The notes below the pieces were generated by a model that did no database searches, was not told the origin of the DNA, and saw only the letters and a list, made by a program, of their open reading frames with translations. From contig JBGSZS010000018.1 in the NCBI GenBank assembly GCA_041750285.1, positions 192,001-256,000 on the forward strand: DNA of 64,000 bases, written 5' to 3'. The DNA is from Candidatus Fermentibacteraceae bacterium (GTDB lineage Bacteria; Fermentibacterota; Fermentibacteria; Fermentibacterales; JCC-6). Shown piece after piece: positions 55,433 to 64,000 of the stretch. The position numbers were made by a program, and so were the translations under genes. Numbering within the stretch: the stretch's first letter is position 1; each line of letters opens with the position of its first letter.

Positions 55433-56776
55433 TCAGGGCGTCAGCCGTTTCACATCCCGGGGAAACATGGTGGTGTACCTTATGTTCTCCACGCCCAGCA
55501 GCCTTGCCGTCAGCCTTTCAAGGCCTATTGCCAGCCCCCCGTGGGGCGGAAGGCCGTACAGATGGGCCTGCAGGTAGTCACTGAAGTCATCGGGGTTCAG
55601 TCCGAAACGGACCATCTTCTCCACCTGCATGTCGTAGTCATGGATTCGCTGGCCGCCGGTGGTTATCTCGAGCCCCCGGAAAAGAAGGTCGAAACTCCTG
55701 GTGGTTCCCGGGGCGTCGGGATCCTCCATAGTGTAGAACGGTCTTTTCTCTGTGGGGAAGTGTGTGACGAAAACGAACTCAGACCCCCACTCCAGTGATG
55801 CATGTCTGCAAAGGATCCTCTCCTCCTCGGGGTCGAGGTCGGGCTCACCCGAGTAGTCGCGCCCGCCCAGCGCACCAGTTATGGCGTGGGCTTCCGAGAG
55901 TGTGACGCATGGGACTTCGGCCGGAGGCTCGGGCATTTCGACGGCAAGCAGGGAGAGCTCGGAGGAGTAATCCGTGCGCAGGAGTTCGAGGCTGTGGCGC
56001 AGAAGCTCCACTTCCAGCTTCATCACATCGGTGTGGTCGGTGATGAAACCCATCTCGAAGTCGAGGGAGGTGTACTCGTTGACGTGCCTGCTGGTCTGAT
56101 GGGGTTCGGCCCTGAACACCGGGCCAGTCTCGAACACCCTTTCGAAGATGCCGACGCCCATCTGTTTGTAGAACTGGGGTGACTGGGCCAGGAAGGCTGT
56201 CCTTTCGAAATACTTAACCGGAAAGATGTTGGCGCCGCCTTCAGCACCGGCGAGGCAGATCTTGGGCGTGTGTATCTCGGTGAAACCGTTGAGGTGCAGA
56301 AAGCTCCGGAAGCCCCTGCAGAACCCCTCGGCGATCCTCAGCCTGGCCCGTTCAACGGGATGCCTGAGGCTGAGCGGCCGGAGGTCGAGGTTGTTGTCGA
56401 TGTGAAGGTCGAGGACCTTCTTGGACAGATCCACAGGGGAACGGCTGCGGGGGGAGGAGACGACCTTCATGCTCTCCACCTGTATCTCTATGCTGCCGGG
56501 GTTTATGGAGGGGTCTTTGATGACCGCTTCCTTCACCAGCCCGGTGACCACCACGGCCTGTTCCTCGGCAAGGCTTTCAAGCATTGCTTCCGAACCCTCT
56601 CCCGACACGATGCACTGAACAAGCCCGTCGTGCCGCCTGAGTATCACGAAAGCCCCCCAGGAAAGTCTTCTGATCCTCATCACCATTCCTGAAAGCGTTA
56701 CGGTCTGTCCCGCCTTCCCGGCGAGTTCGCCCGATGAAAGAGGCGCTCTGCTCTCTCCGGCGGGTACCGTGGTCAT
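55433..56776 (-). CDS. aspS: Aspartate--tRNA(Asp/Asn) ligase, archaeal/non-discriminating type
   Basis: Short form without a GAD domain; AEGGAN.F, LAQSPQFYKQ, FRAE, GGQRIH, PPHGG..IGLERL, FPRD. Confidence 0.93.
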   Translation of the reverse strand: MTTVPAGESRAPLSSGELAGKAGQTVTLSGMVMRIRRLSWGAFVILRRHDGLVQCIVSGEGSEAMLESLAEEQAVVVTGLVKEAVIKDPSINPGSIEIQVESMKVVSSPRSRSPVDLSKKVLDLHIDNNLDLRPLSLRHPVERARLRIAEGFCRGFRSFLHLNGFTEIHTPKICLAGAEGGANIFPVKYFERTAFLAQSPQFYKQMGVGIFERVFETGPVFRAEPHQTSRHVNEYTSLDFEMGFITDHTDVMKLEVELLRHSLELLRTDYSSELSLLAVEMPEPPAEVPCVTLSEAHAITGALGGRDYSGEPDLDPEEERILCRHASLEWGSEFVFVTHFPTEKRPFYTMEDPDAPGTTRSFDLLFRGLEITTGGQRIHDYDMQVEKMVRFGLNPDDFSDYLQAHLYGLPPHGGLAIGLERLTARLLGVENIRYTTMFPRDVKRLTP

Positions 56777-57138
56777 TTCGTCTCCTTTTCGTTCAGGGTG
56801 CTTCTGGCAACCCTTATGAGCCTGTTGGGCGTTCCCTCGTAACGGGCCAGCGCATCCGCGCACCGGGATTCGAGAAGCCCGGCAAGCTCATTCGTCTCGG
56901 GTGTGAGAGCACCGGCCCGCCTGGCCGTGTAGCAGAGCTGTCTGACCCTTGTCCTTATCTCGGTGACCCTGAGCTGGTAATGGGCCCTGCATCGCTCCCG
57001 GAACAGGATCAACCCGGGAAGGCCGGCTTTCAGGGCCTCTTCCTTCTCGAGCTGAAAACCCTCCTCGAGCCTGTCCAGAAAGCGGGACAGCAGCCCGAGT
57101 TCGGATTCAGTGCCTTCGGGATGTGAGTTCGATCCCAT
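56773..57138 (-). CDS. Hypothetical helical protein
   Basis: ATGA overlap with the aspS start; typical codon usage. Confidence 0.55.
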   Translation of the reverse strand: MGSNSHPEGTESELGLLSRFLDRLEEGFQLEKEEALKAGLPGLILFRERCRAHYQLRVTEIRTRVRQLCYTARRAGALTPETNELAGLLESRCADALARYEGTPNRLIRVARSTLNEKETK

Positions 57139-57207
57139 TTCATCCGGTCTTTCACCTGCGGACGCCCTGGAAGATACTAAAAACAGTCCTTCATGGAAAT
57201 TCATCGG

Positions 57208-57236
57208 TTGCGCAACATGGAACGCTGGGATAGATT
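57208..57236 (+). promoter_or_regulatory. Candidate sigma70 promoter for buk-mcm
   Basis: TTGCGC-N17-TAGATT; palindrome GTTGCGCAAC (57207-57216) covers the -35. Confidence 0.4.
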
Positions 57237-57294
57237 TCAAACGACATTCCAGTTTCGAACACAGTCCCCATTCAGAGGCTCACCGGGAGGAAAG

Positions 57295-58410
57295 ATGTCC
57301 GTCGAGACCAGAACGAGAATACTTGTCGTGAACCCAGGCTCCACATCCACGAAGATCTCCGTTTTCGAGGGGGAGAAGGAAGTCTGGAAGCTCAAGCTTG
57401 ACCACTCATCGGAAGAACTTGCCCCCTACGAGAAGATCTTCGACCAGTACAATTTCCGGGAAGGAGTGATCCTTTCGGAACTGGAGAGGGCGGGGTACCC
57501 GATAGGCAGCTTCGCAGCCATCGTTGGCCGGGGCGGCGTGTCCAAACCGATTCCCGGTGGGACGTACATCGTCGACCAGGGGCTTCTCGATGATCTGGAG
57601 AGCGGGGTCTACGGCGAACACGCATCCAACCTCGGGGCGCCCATAGCGGCAAAACTGGGGAAGACAGCGGGGTGCCCCGCCTTCATGGTGGATCCCGTGG
57701 TTGTCGACGAGCTGGAGCCTCCGGCCCGCTTCTCGGGTCATCCCGCCATAAGCCGGCGTTCAATATTCCACGCCCTCAACCAGCGCGCTGTTGCACGCAA
57801 GGTGGCGCGCGAGATGGGAAAGGGCTACGACGAGTGCAACTTCGTCGTCGTTCACCTCGGGGGCGGGATAAGTGTCGGAGCCCACAGACGGGGACGGGTC
57901 ATTGACGTGAACAACGCCCTCGACGGTGACGGTCCGTTTTCCCCCGAGCGTTCCGGCGGTCTTCCCTCGGGCCAGATGGCTGCGCTCTGCTTCAGCGGGA
58001 AGTACACGCTCGACCAGGTTAAAAAGATGATCAAGGGCCAGGGCGGCATCGTCGCCTACCTTGACACCAACGACATGAGGCTGGTGGAGGACCGCATTCA
58101 TGGCGGCGACCTCGAGTGGCGGAAGGTCTACCACGCCATGGCGTACCAGGTTGCGAAGGAGATCGGGGCCATGGCCGCGGTGCTTCAGGGCGACATCGAC
58201 GCTGTGATAGTGACCGGCGGAATCGCTTACGACAGGCAGTTCATAAAGTGGCTGGAGGAAATGACAGGCTTCCTCGCCCCTCTTCGGGTCATTCCCGGCG
58301 AGATGGAGATGGAAGCCCTGGCTACGGGCGCCCTGAGGGTCCTGAGCGGCCAGGAGACACCCCGGACCTACGGATCCGATCCACGGGAGGTTGGAAGCAA
58401 TGAGCAGTGA
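57295..58410 (+). CDS. buk: Butyrate kinase
   Basis: [46 protein letters not shown]. Confidence 0.97.
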   Translation: MSVETRTRILVVNPGSTSTKISVFEGEKEVWKLKLDHSSEELAPYEKIFDQYNFREGVILSELERAGYPIGSFAAIVGRGGVSKPIPGGTYIVDQGLLDDLESGVYGEHASNLGAPIAAKLGKTAGCPAFMVDPVVVDELEPPARFSGHPAISRRSIFHALNQRAVARKVAREMGKGYDECNFVVVHLGGGISVGAHRRGRVIDVNNALDGDGPFSPERSGGLPSGQMAALCFSGKYTLDQVKKMIKGQGGIVAYLDTNDMRLVEDRIHGGDLEWRKVYHAMAYQVAKEIGAMAAVLQGDIDAVIVTGGIAYDRQFIKWLEEMTGFLAPLRVIPGEMEMEALATGALRVLSGQETPRTYGSDPREVGSNEQ

Positions 58411-60061
58411 TTTCGAAAAGGCCAGGGCCGCATGGGAAGAGGGGCTTGTCAGGAAGACGCTGGAAAAGTTCCCCGAGCGGCGCAGCGAGTTCGGAACTCC
58501 GGGCGGCATCCCGGTGGAACGAGTGTACAATCCGCACTGCCCCTGCAGCGATTTCATGGAAACCCATGGATTCCCCGGCGAATACCCCTTCACCAGGGGC
58601 GTCCAGCCCACCATGTACAGGGGCCGTTTCTGGACCATGCGCCAGTACGCTGGCTTCGGCACCGCCGAAGAGTCCAACCGCCGTTACAGGTATCTTCTGG
58701 AAGCCGGTCAGACCGGGCTTTCAGTGGCGTTCGACCTTCCCACGCAGATCGGGTACGATTCCGATCACCCGTTGTGCGCCGGTGAGGTGGGCAAGGTCGG
58801 CGTGGCCATAGACAGCCTGGCGGACATGGAGATCCTGTTCGGAGGCATCCCGCTCGACACGGTTTCGACAAGCATGACGATAAACGCGCCCGCTTCGGTT
58901 CTTCTGGCAATGTACATCGCGGTGGCGGAGAAGCAGGGGGTCAACCGTGACAGGCTTCAGGGGACAATCCAGAACGACATACTGAAGGAATACATGGCCC
59001 GCGGCACGTACATCTTCCCCCCTTCCCCATCCATGCGGCTCATCACCGACATCTTCGCGTTCTGCAAAAGCGATGTCCCGAAATGGAACACCATATCGAT
59101 CAGCGGTTACCACATCAGGGAGGCGGGAAGCACCGCCGCCCAGGAGGTGGCCTTCACCCTTGCGGACGGCATAGCCTACGTGGAGGCCGCCATAAAGGCC
59201 GGGATGGGAGTGGACGAGTTCGGTCCCAGGCTCAGCTTCTTCTTCAACGCCCACAACGACCTTTTCGAGGAGGTGGCCAAGTTCAGGGCCGCCAGAAGGC
59301 TCTGGGCACGCATAATGCGGGACCGCTTCAAGGCTGCCGACCCCCGCAGCCAGATGCTCCGGTTCCACACCCAGACCGGCGGAAGCACCCTCACGGCCCA
59401 GCAGCCCGACAACAACATAGTCAGGGTGGCGGTTCAAACCCTTGCAGCCGTGCTCGGGGGCACGCAGAGCCTGCACACCAACAGCCGCGACGAGGCCCTT
59501 GCTCTTCCCACCGAACACGCGGTCACCATCGCCCTCAGAACGCAGCAGATAATCGCCTGCGAAAGCGGTGTGACCGACACTGTCGACCCCCTGGGCGGAA
59601 GCTGGTACCTCGAGGACCTGACGGACACCGTCGAAAAACAGGCCATGGAGCTCATCCGTGATATCGACGCCATGGGCGGCATGGTAAGGGCAATAGAGGA
59701 AGGCTACCCGCAAAGGCGCATCCAGGACGCCGCCTACGACTACCAGAAGCAGGTGGAGTCGGGTGACAGGGTAGTGGTGGGCGTAAACAAGTTCCAGCAG
59801 AAGGAGACCGGCAGGGCCGACCTTCTCAAGGTAGACCCCGAAGTCGAGAACTCTCAAAGAGAGAAGCTTGCGGCAGTAAGGGCACACCGAGGGGAATCCG
59901 AGGCAGCCGCCTCACTCTCGACCCTCAGGCTCGCCGCGGGGGGTTCGGACAACCTCATGCCCCCGATACTGGAGTGCGTGAGGCGTTACGCAACGCTTGG
60001 CGAGATCTGCGGAGTGCTGAGGGAGGAGTTCGGGGAGTACCAGCCCAGAACGGTCGTTTGA
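58400..60061 (+). CDS. mcmA: Methylmalonyl-CoA mutase, substrate-binding subunit (split form, no B12 domain)
   Basis: YPFTRG, MRQYAGF (Tyr), [12 protein letters not shown] (Arg), [16 protein letters not shown]. Confidence 0.93.
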   Translation: MSSDFEKARAAWEEGLVRKTLEKFPERRSEFGTPGGIPVERVYNPHCPCSDFMETHGFPGEYPFTRGVQPTMYRGRFWTMRQYAGFGTAEESNRRYRYLLEAGQTGLSVAFDLPTQIGYDSDHPLCAGEVGKVGVAIDSLADMEILFGGIPLDTVSTSMTINAPASVLLAMYIAVAEKQGVNRDRLQGTIQNDILKEYMARGTYIFPPSPSMRLITDIFAFCKSDVPKWNTISISGYHIREAGSTAAQEVAFTLADGIAYVEAAIKAGMGVDEFGPRLSFFFNAHNDLFEEVAKFRAARRLWARIMRDRFKAADPRSQMLRFHTQTGGSTLTAQQPDNNIVRVAVQTLAAVLGGTQSLHTNSRDEALALPTEHAVTIALRTQQIIACESGVTDTVDPLGGSWYLEDLTDTVEKQAMELIRDIDAMGGMVRAIEEGYPQRRIQDAAYDYQKQVESGDRVVVGVNKFQQKETGRADLLKVDPEVENSQREKLAAVRAHRGESEAAASLSTLRLAAGGSDNLMPPILECVRRYATLGEICGVLREEFGEYQPRTVV

Positions 60062-60092
60062 CCGCAAGGGGCGTACTGCGCCGGAAGCCCCT

Positions 60093-61274
60093 CTACAGCA
60101 TGATGACCCGGACGGTGGCGGAAAGGCGGCCGCACACTGCCCGTACGAAGTACACACCCTTTGCCCTTCGCGATCCGTCCGCGCCTGCTCCGTTCCACAG
60201 GTAGACCGATTGCCCGGACAGGGGGGAGAGGACCGCCACGACCCTTCCCGAAAGGTCGTACACCGAAACGACGGACCCCTCCGCGAAGCACGGATCCAGT
60301 TCAAGGGTAACGACCGATCCGAAGGGGTTTGGAACAGCCGTGATGCCACTGCCGGCCTGACCGTGGAGAACACCCGAGGGATCGACCCGGAGACCGATGC
60401 TGTGGAAGGCGCCGCCGGACACTGCGACAAACCCGGTGTTCGGTTCGGGAACCTGGCACTGGCCCCAGTTGTCGTAACCGAAAGCCTCGACCGAGCCGCC
60501 GCATCTCAGGGCGAGTGTGTGCTTGCCTCCGCAGTCCTGTGCCAGAAAACCCTGATTGGGTTCGGGAACCTGGCACTGACCCCAGTTGTCGTAACCCCAT
60601 CCAACGATCGTTGAATCGGCCTTCAGCCCGACGCTGTGCAGTCCTCCGCCGGACATGGCGGCAAAACCACTGTTCGGGTGCGGCACGTTGCACTGGCCGT
60701 CGCCGTTGTCGCCCCACCCCAGGATGCTGCCGTCGGAACGAAGCGCCATGCTGTGGAAGTTGCCGGCAGCCACTCCGCAGAACCCCTGATTGGGTTCGGG
60801 CACGTTGCACTGGCCATGACTGTTCGAGCCCCAGGCGCAAACCGTTCCGTCCGACCTCAGGGCGAGGCAGTGACCACCTCCGGCGGCAATGGCTATGAAC
60901 CCGCAGTTGGGCTCGGGGATTTCGCAGACGCCTGCACCCTCGTTGCCCCAGACTGAGATGCTGCCGTCGGAACGAAGCGCCATGCTGTGGAAGTTGCCTG
61001 CAGCGATCGCGACATACCCGGTATTGGGAAGCGGGACGAAGCACTCTCCGAACCTGTTGTTTCCCCAGGCCGTTATCGAGCCATCCTCGCGAAGGGCAAG
61101 ATTGTGAAACCCCCCTGCGGCAATGGCGACAAACCCCTGGTTGGGCTCAGGAACGGCGCACTGACCGTAAAAGTTGCAGCCCCAGGCCGTTATCGAGCCC
61201 GAAACGGGGTCCGCCATCCCCTCGTTCACAAGGAGGAACACGGCGATGCCCGCTGCCATCCTCGTCATCGTCAC
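60093..61274 (-). CDS. RCC1/BLIP-II-like repeat protein with C-terminal T9SS-CTD/FlgD-Ig-like domain
   Basis: About seven 39-aa repeats (AWG.N..GQC.VPEPN.GF.AIAAG..H..ALR.DG). Tail PNPF..VYDLSGR.V..WNG..G...KGVYFVR. Confidence 0.85.
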   Translation of the reverse strand: MTMTRMAAGIAVFLLVNEGMADPVSGSITAWGCNFYGQCAVPEPNQGFVAIAAGGFHNLALREDGSITAWGNNRFGECFVPLPNTGYVAIAAGNFHSMALRSDGSISVWGNEGAGVCEIPEPNCGFIAIAAGGGHCLALRSDGTVCAWGSNSHGQCNVPEPNQGFCGVAAGNFHSMALRSDGSILGWGDNGDGQCNVPHPNSGFAAMSGGGLHSVGLKADSTIVGWGYDNWGQCQVPEPNQGFLAQDCGGKHTLALRCGGSVEAFGYDNWGQCQVPEPNTGFVAVSGGAFHSIGLRVDPSGVLHGQAGSGITAVPNPFGSVVTLELDPCFAEGSVVSVYDLSGRVVAVLSPLSGQSVYLWNGAGADGSRRAKGVYFVRAVCGRLSATVRVIML

Positions 61275-61369
61275 CGTCTTCACCTCCGCGGCAACCGAAT
61301 AACAAGCCTTAGTGTACATCATCTCCGGCACAAAACAAGGGGGCTGTGGTCTTTTATCCGAAGAGGATG

Positions 61370-61398
61370 TTGACACCGGAAGTCCGTGGGCATATACA
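61370..61398 (+). promoter_or_regulatory. Sigma70-type promoter for the 61444 gene
   Basis: TTGACA-N17-TATACA. Confidence 0.6.
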
Positions 61399-61443
61399 TA
61401 ACTTGCCATTTCGGCACAGCTTGTTTTTTGGAAGGAGTGAGGG

Positions 61444-62277
61444 ATGAAAACTGTTTTTACTCTTCTCATGCTGGCGGGCATTGTTCTTGCAAATGCGGAC
61501 ATGGCTCCCACCATCGGTGTTGCGCCCCAGGGAGTCGACACATCGCTTGAGCAGATCGCCACGATCGATGTCGAAGCCCAGGCAGGGAACGTTTACAGCG
61601 TCGGCTGCGGTTTCGACGGCACCTACCTCTGGGTTACCAACGGGGCCATGCAGGGCGGCGGCACCAACGGCTTGTTCATCCTGTTCGAGGAGGACGGCAC
61701 CTACTACGCCACCTACAACCAGAACGGCGGTTCGGGCTGGGGTCTCCGTGACCTCACCTGCGACGGCACCTACATGTACGGCAGCGTCACCACAGCCATC
61801 GAATACTACGACATCGGCACCCACCTCAAGGTCGGATCGTTCATCGGCCCCCAGAACCCCAACAGGGCCCTTGCCTGGGACGGCACCTACTTCTACACCG
61901 GCAATTTCGGCAGCGAGGTCTACCGTCTCACCTGGAACGGCGTCAGCGGTTCCACAGCCACCAGCACGGTCTGGTCCACTGCGGCCACCAGCGTCTACGG
62001 CGCAGCGTGGGATGAGCTCAACAACTGCATGTGGGTTACCAGCGCCGATGCCTCGGGCACCGTGGCCGAGATCGACGCCTCCGGCGCCCTCGTTCAGAAC
62101 CACATCCTGGTCTCGGGCGGCACCTACGGCGGCGCCTGCATGGGCACCGGCACCACCGACGTCACCAGCACGCTCTGGATTCTGAACCAGGGCACCCCCG
62201 ACACCCTCCTGGGCTTCGAGGTCACTCCCACCGCCCTCACCCGCGACACATGGGGCGCCATCAAGGCAGTGTTCTAA
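61444..62277 (+). CDS. Secreted beta-propeller-like protein with C-terminal TWGxIK tail
   Basis: Signal MKTVFTLLMLAGIVLA-N; blade repeats FDGTYLWV, CDGTYMY, WDGTYFY, WD...MWV; ends TALTRDTWGAIKAVF. Confidence 0.88.
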   Translation: MKTVFTLLMLAGIVLANADMAPTIGVAPQGVDTSLEQIATIDVEAQAGNVYSVGCGFDGTYLWVTNGAMQGGGTNGLFILFEEDGTYYATYNQNGGSGWGLRDLTCDGTYMYGSVTTAIEYYDIGTHLKVGSFIGPQNPNRALAWDGTYFYTGNFGSEVYRLTWNGVSGSTATSTVWSTAATSVYGAAWDELNNCMWVTSADASGTVAEIDASGALVQNHILVSGGTYGGACMGTGTTDVTSTLWILNQGTPDTLLGFEVTPTALTRDTWGAIKAVF

Positions 62278-62302
62278 GAAGGCCCCGATCAGCTGAATTG
62301 GC

Positions 62303-62326
62303 GGAAGGCCCCTGCGGGGGCCTTCC
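62303..62326 (+). terminator. Hairpin after the 61444 gene
   Basis: GGAAGGCCCC-TGCG-GGGGCCTTCC; no strong T tract. Confidence 0.55.
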
Positions 62327-62364
62327 TGCAGTTCGGGACGACTCCCGGAAAGGCAATTGTGACA

Positions 62365-63927
62365 ATGAAGATCACAGCACTGTTTTTCGTCCTCGTTCTT
62401 GCCCTTGCGGCATGCGGGAATCCCAGGGGTACGGACTGGGTTTTCAGGACCGCGAACGACACCGTGACCGTCCGTGAAGCCGGTGAGCTCTGGTCGGGAC
62501 TCGGGCGTGAAGAAAGGGCGGCATTCACCAGCGGGGAGGACCCGGCCCGGGATTTCGTCCTGGCCCTTGCCCGCAGGTCGATGCTCAACCATGAGCTTGC
62601 GGAATCCGGGCTTCTCTCCGCTCCGAAAGTGCTGAGGTACGAATTGGCGTGGCAGCGCTCCACACGGTTCATGGCCCTTGCAGACTCCCTTCCCGCCAGG
62701 ATCCTGCGGGGCCTGGGGGAAGACGACATAGCCTTCTTCAGGGAGCACATGGGCACTACGGTCTGGTTCACGGACATGTCCACAGGAACACCGAGCGGCC
62801 CGCATCACCTTCCCGAGCTTCCCCGTGAACTTACGATCGCTCTCTCAACCGCGGCCCGGGGCGAGTCGGTCACGGCGGGGGGCGTCGTCTTCAGGCTGGA
62901 TTCCCTCGAGGGAACAGACAGCACCCTCCTTTCGGAAGCATTGGCAGATACCGCCAACATAAGGAGGCTTGCGCTCGCCAGGCTGTCTTCCGCCGAGGCG
63001 CAGCGCACCATATCCTTGGCCGAGCAGCAGGCCCTTTCGGAGACCACTGTCGACACGTCCCTGGTGCTCGCCTTTGCAGCGGCGGGGGGCGACATCGGGT
63101 CAGGCGCATTCGACCCCGGCCTTGTGATCCTTGACTCTCCAATCCTCAGCCTGACCGCGAATGACCTCTACTGGGAGATATCGTTCACCTCTCTCAGCAC
63201 CCCCGTTTCCCCGGGCTCAACGAGCTGGCTTTTCCACTATCTGGGCAACCTGGTCAGGCTCTCGGCCGGTGCCGGGCTGTTTGCCGGCGAGTGGCCGGCG
63301 GAGAGCGAAGGAATCGCCCTTGCAGCGCATGATCTCGGGAGGCAGACGGCCCTCGAGGCCCTTTACGATGAGCAGGTCCGTTCCAGTGTTGTGGTAACCG
63401 ATTCCATGCTGGAAGCCGAGTTCCAGGGGCTTGCGGAACCACTGCTCCACCCCGAGCAAAGGGTTCTCGAGATCGGCCGCGTGAGGGCGGAAAACCTGCC
63501 CGGTCTGCGGCTGGCGCTTCAGAACGGGGATCATGCAGCGGTGAGGAGCCTGCTGGAACCCTATTCGACGTGGCCCGGCTTCGACACCGGCTCACTTGTA
63601 TCCGTCCCCGTCACAGCCGCACAGGTTCCGGAAGCCATGGGGGGGACAGTCTTCTCGGCCGACCCGTCAGACTCAGTCACCTGGTACGGTCCAATGGAGA
63701 CCTCACACGGCTCCCTCATGGTCTACCGCACCGCTCGAACGCTTCCCCGCAGGCCAGCCACTTTCGGCGAGGCCAGGGAATGGCTCGGGATGAGTGTCAG
63801 ATCACGGCTCGAGGAAGACCGGACCAGACAATGGATGGCTGAGCTGGAAACGGAGAACGGGCTCGAGCTGAATGAAGAACTGCTTCCCGGTCTGCCAGCG
63901 GACCCGGCCCTTTGGACGGAGCTTTGA
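62365..63927 (+). CDS. Lipoprotein, divergent SurA/PrsA (parvulin) chaperone-like
   Basis: Lipobox LAAC; VTDSML..EF, GPMETSHG, ATFGEAR, W.AEL..ELNEELL resemble the parvulin C-terminus and flanking helices. Confidence 0.6.
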   Translation: MKITALFFVLVLALAACGNPRGTDWVFRTANDTVTVREAGELWSGLGREERAAFTSGEDPARDFVLALARRSMLNHELAESGLLSAPKVLRYELAWQRSTRFMALADSLPARILRGLGEDDIAFFREHMGTTVWFTDMSTGTPSGPHHLPELPRELTIALSTAARGESVTAGGVVFRLDSLEGTDSTLLSEALADTANIRRLALARLSSAEAQRTISLAEQQALSETTVDTSLVLAFAAAGGDIGSGAFDPGLVILDSPILSLTANDLYWEISFTSLSTPVSPGSTSWLFHYLGNLVRLSAGAGLFAGEWPAESEGIALAAHDLGRQTALEALYDEQVRSSVVVTDSMLEAEFQGLAEPLLHPEQRVLEIGRVRAENLPGLRLALQNGDHAAVRSLLEPYSTWPGFDTGSLVSVPVTAAQVPEAMGGTVFSADPSDSVTWYGPMETSHGSLMVYRTARTLPRRPATFGEAREWLGMSVRSRLEEDRTRQWMAELETENGLELNEELLPGLPADPALWTEL

Positions 63928-64000
63928 TCCCATCGGGGTTTGCGGCGTTCTTCCTTCCCTTCGTGCTGGCCCTTTTCATTGTGTTTCCGGGGCTGTACGA
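63924..64000 (+). CDS. Start of a membrane protein (runs off the window)
   Basis: TTG overlapping the previous stop; MIPSGFAAFFLPFVLALFIVFPGLY. Confidence 0.5.
   Translation, partial: MIPSGFAAFFLPFVLALFIVFPGLY

Noticed and set aside
58400..60061. Isobutyryl-CoA mutase (suggested by the buk neighbour)
   Set aside because: RQYAG Tyr and YMARG Arg are the methylmalonyl-CoA-type residues.
60400..61200. CRISPR-like or DGR-like direct repeats
   Set aside because: The repeats are in-frame 117-bp coding units of the RCC1-like protein, with no unique spacers or cas genes.

Overview
GC-rich, densely packed core-chromosome window from an anaerobic bacterium, probably in the FCB group. Candidatus Fermentibacteria/Latescibacterota-like is my inference, based on a PorX homologue, a T9SS-like C-terminal domain and 'TWGxIK' protein tails. 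It holds about 55 CDS and 2 tRNAs (Met-CAT, Val-TAC). Main blocks: priA; tilS-hpt-ftsH-folE-folP-cdaA; kinase-porX-tsaE-tsaB-rimI/PNP fusion-folC; xth followed by three tandem 'HEWG' paralogues and tauE; gdhA with a NuoE/NuoF/GltD-fused Stn/Bfu-like transhydrogenase; LonC-type protease; dnaE2; ptb-rpiB-wecB-ribDEBAH-nusB; lat-rhaD; aspS; buk-mcm; and several secreted proteins. I saw no CRISPR array, integrase, transposase or prophage. Most notable: (1) two unrelated secreted proteins share a 15-aa C-terminal tail (TALTRxTWGxIKAxF), a candidate uncharacterised sorting signal that coexists with a T9SS-type CTD protein; (2) PorX is directly paired with a kinase carrying an extracytoplasmic zinc ribbon; (3) a truncated Stn-like complex lies next to gdhA; (4) the HEWG triplet; (5) GGGGAC-ended MITE/REP-like elements. 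Start codons were adjusted by eye, and all family calls come from motif recognition, not database searches.
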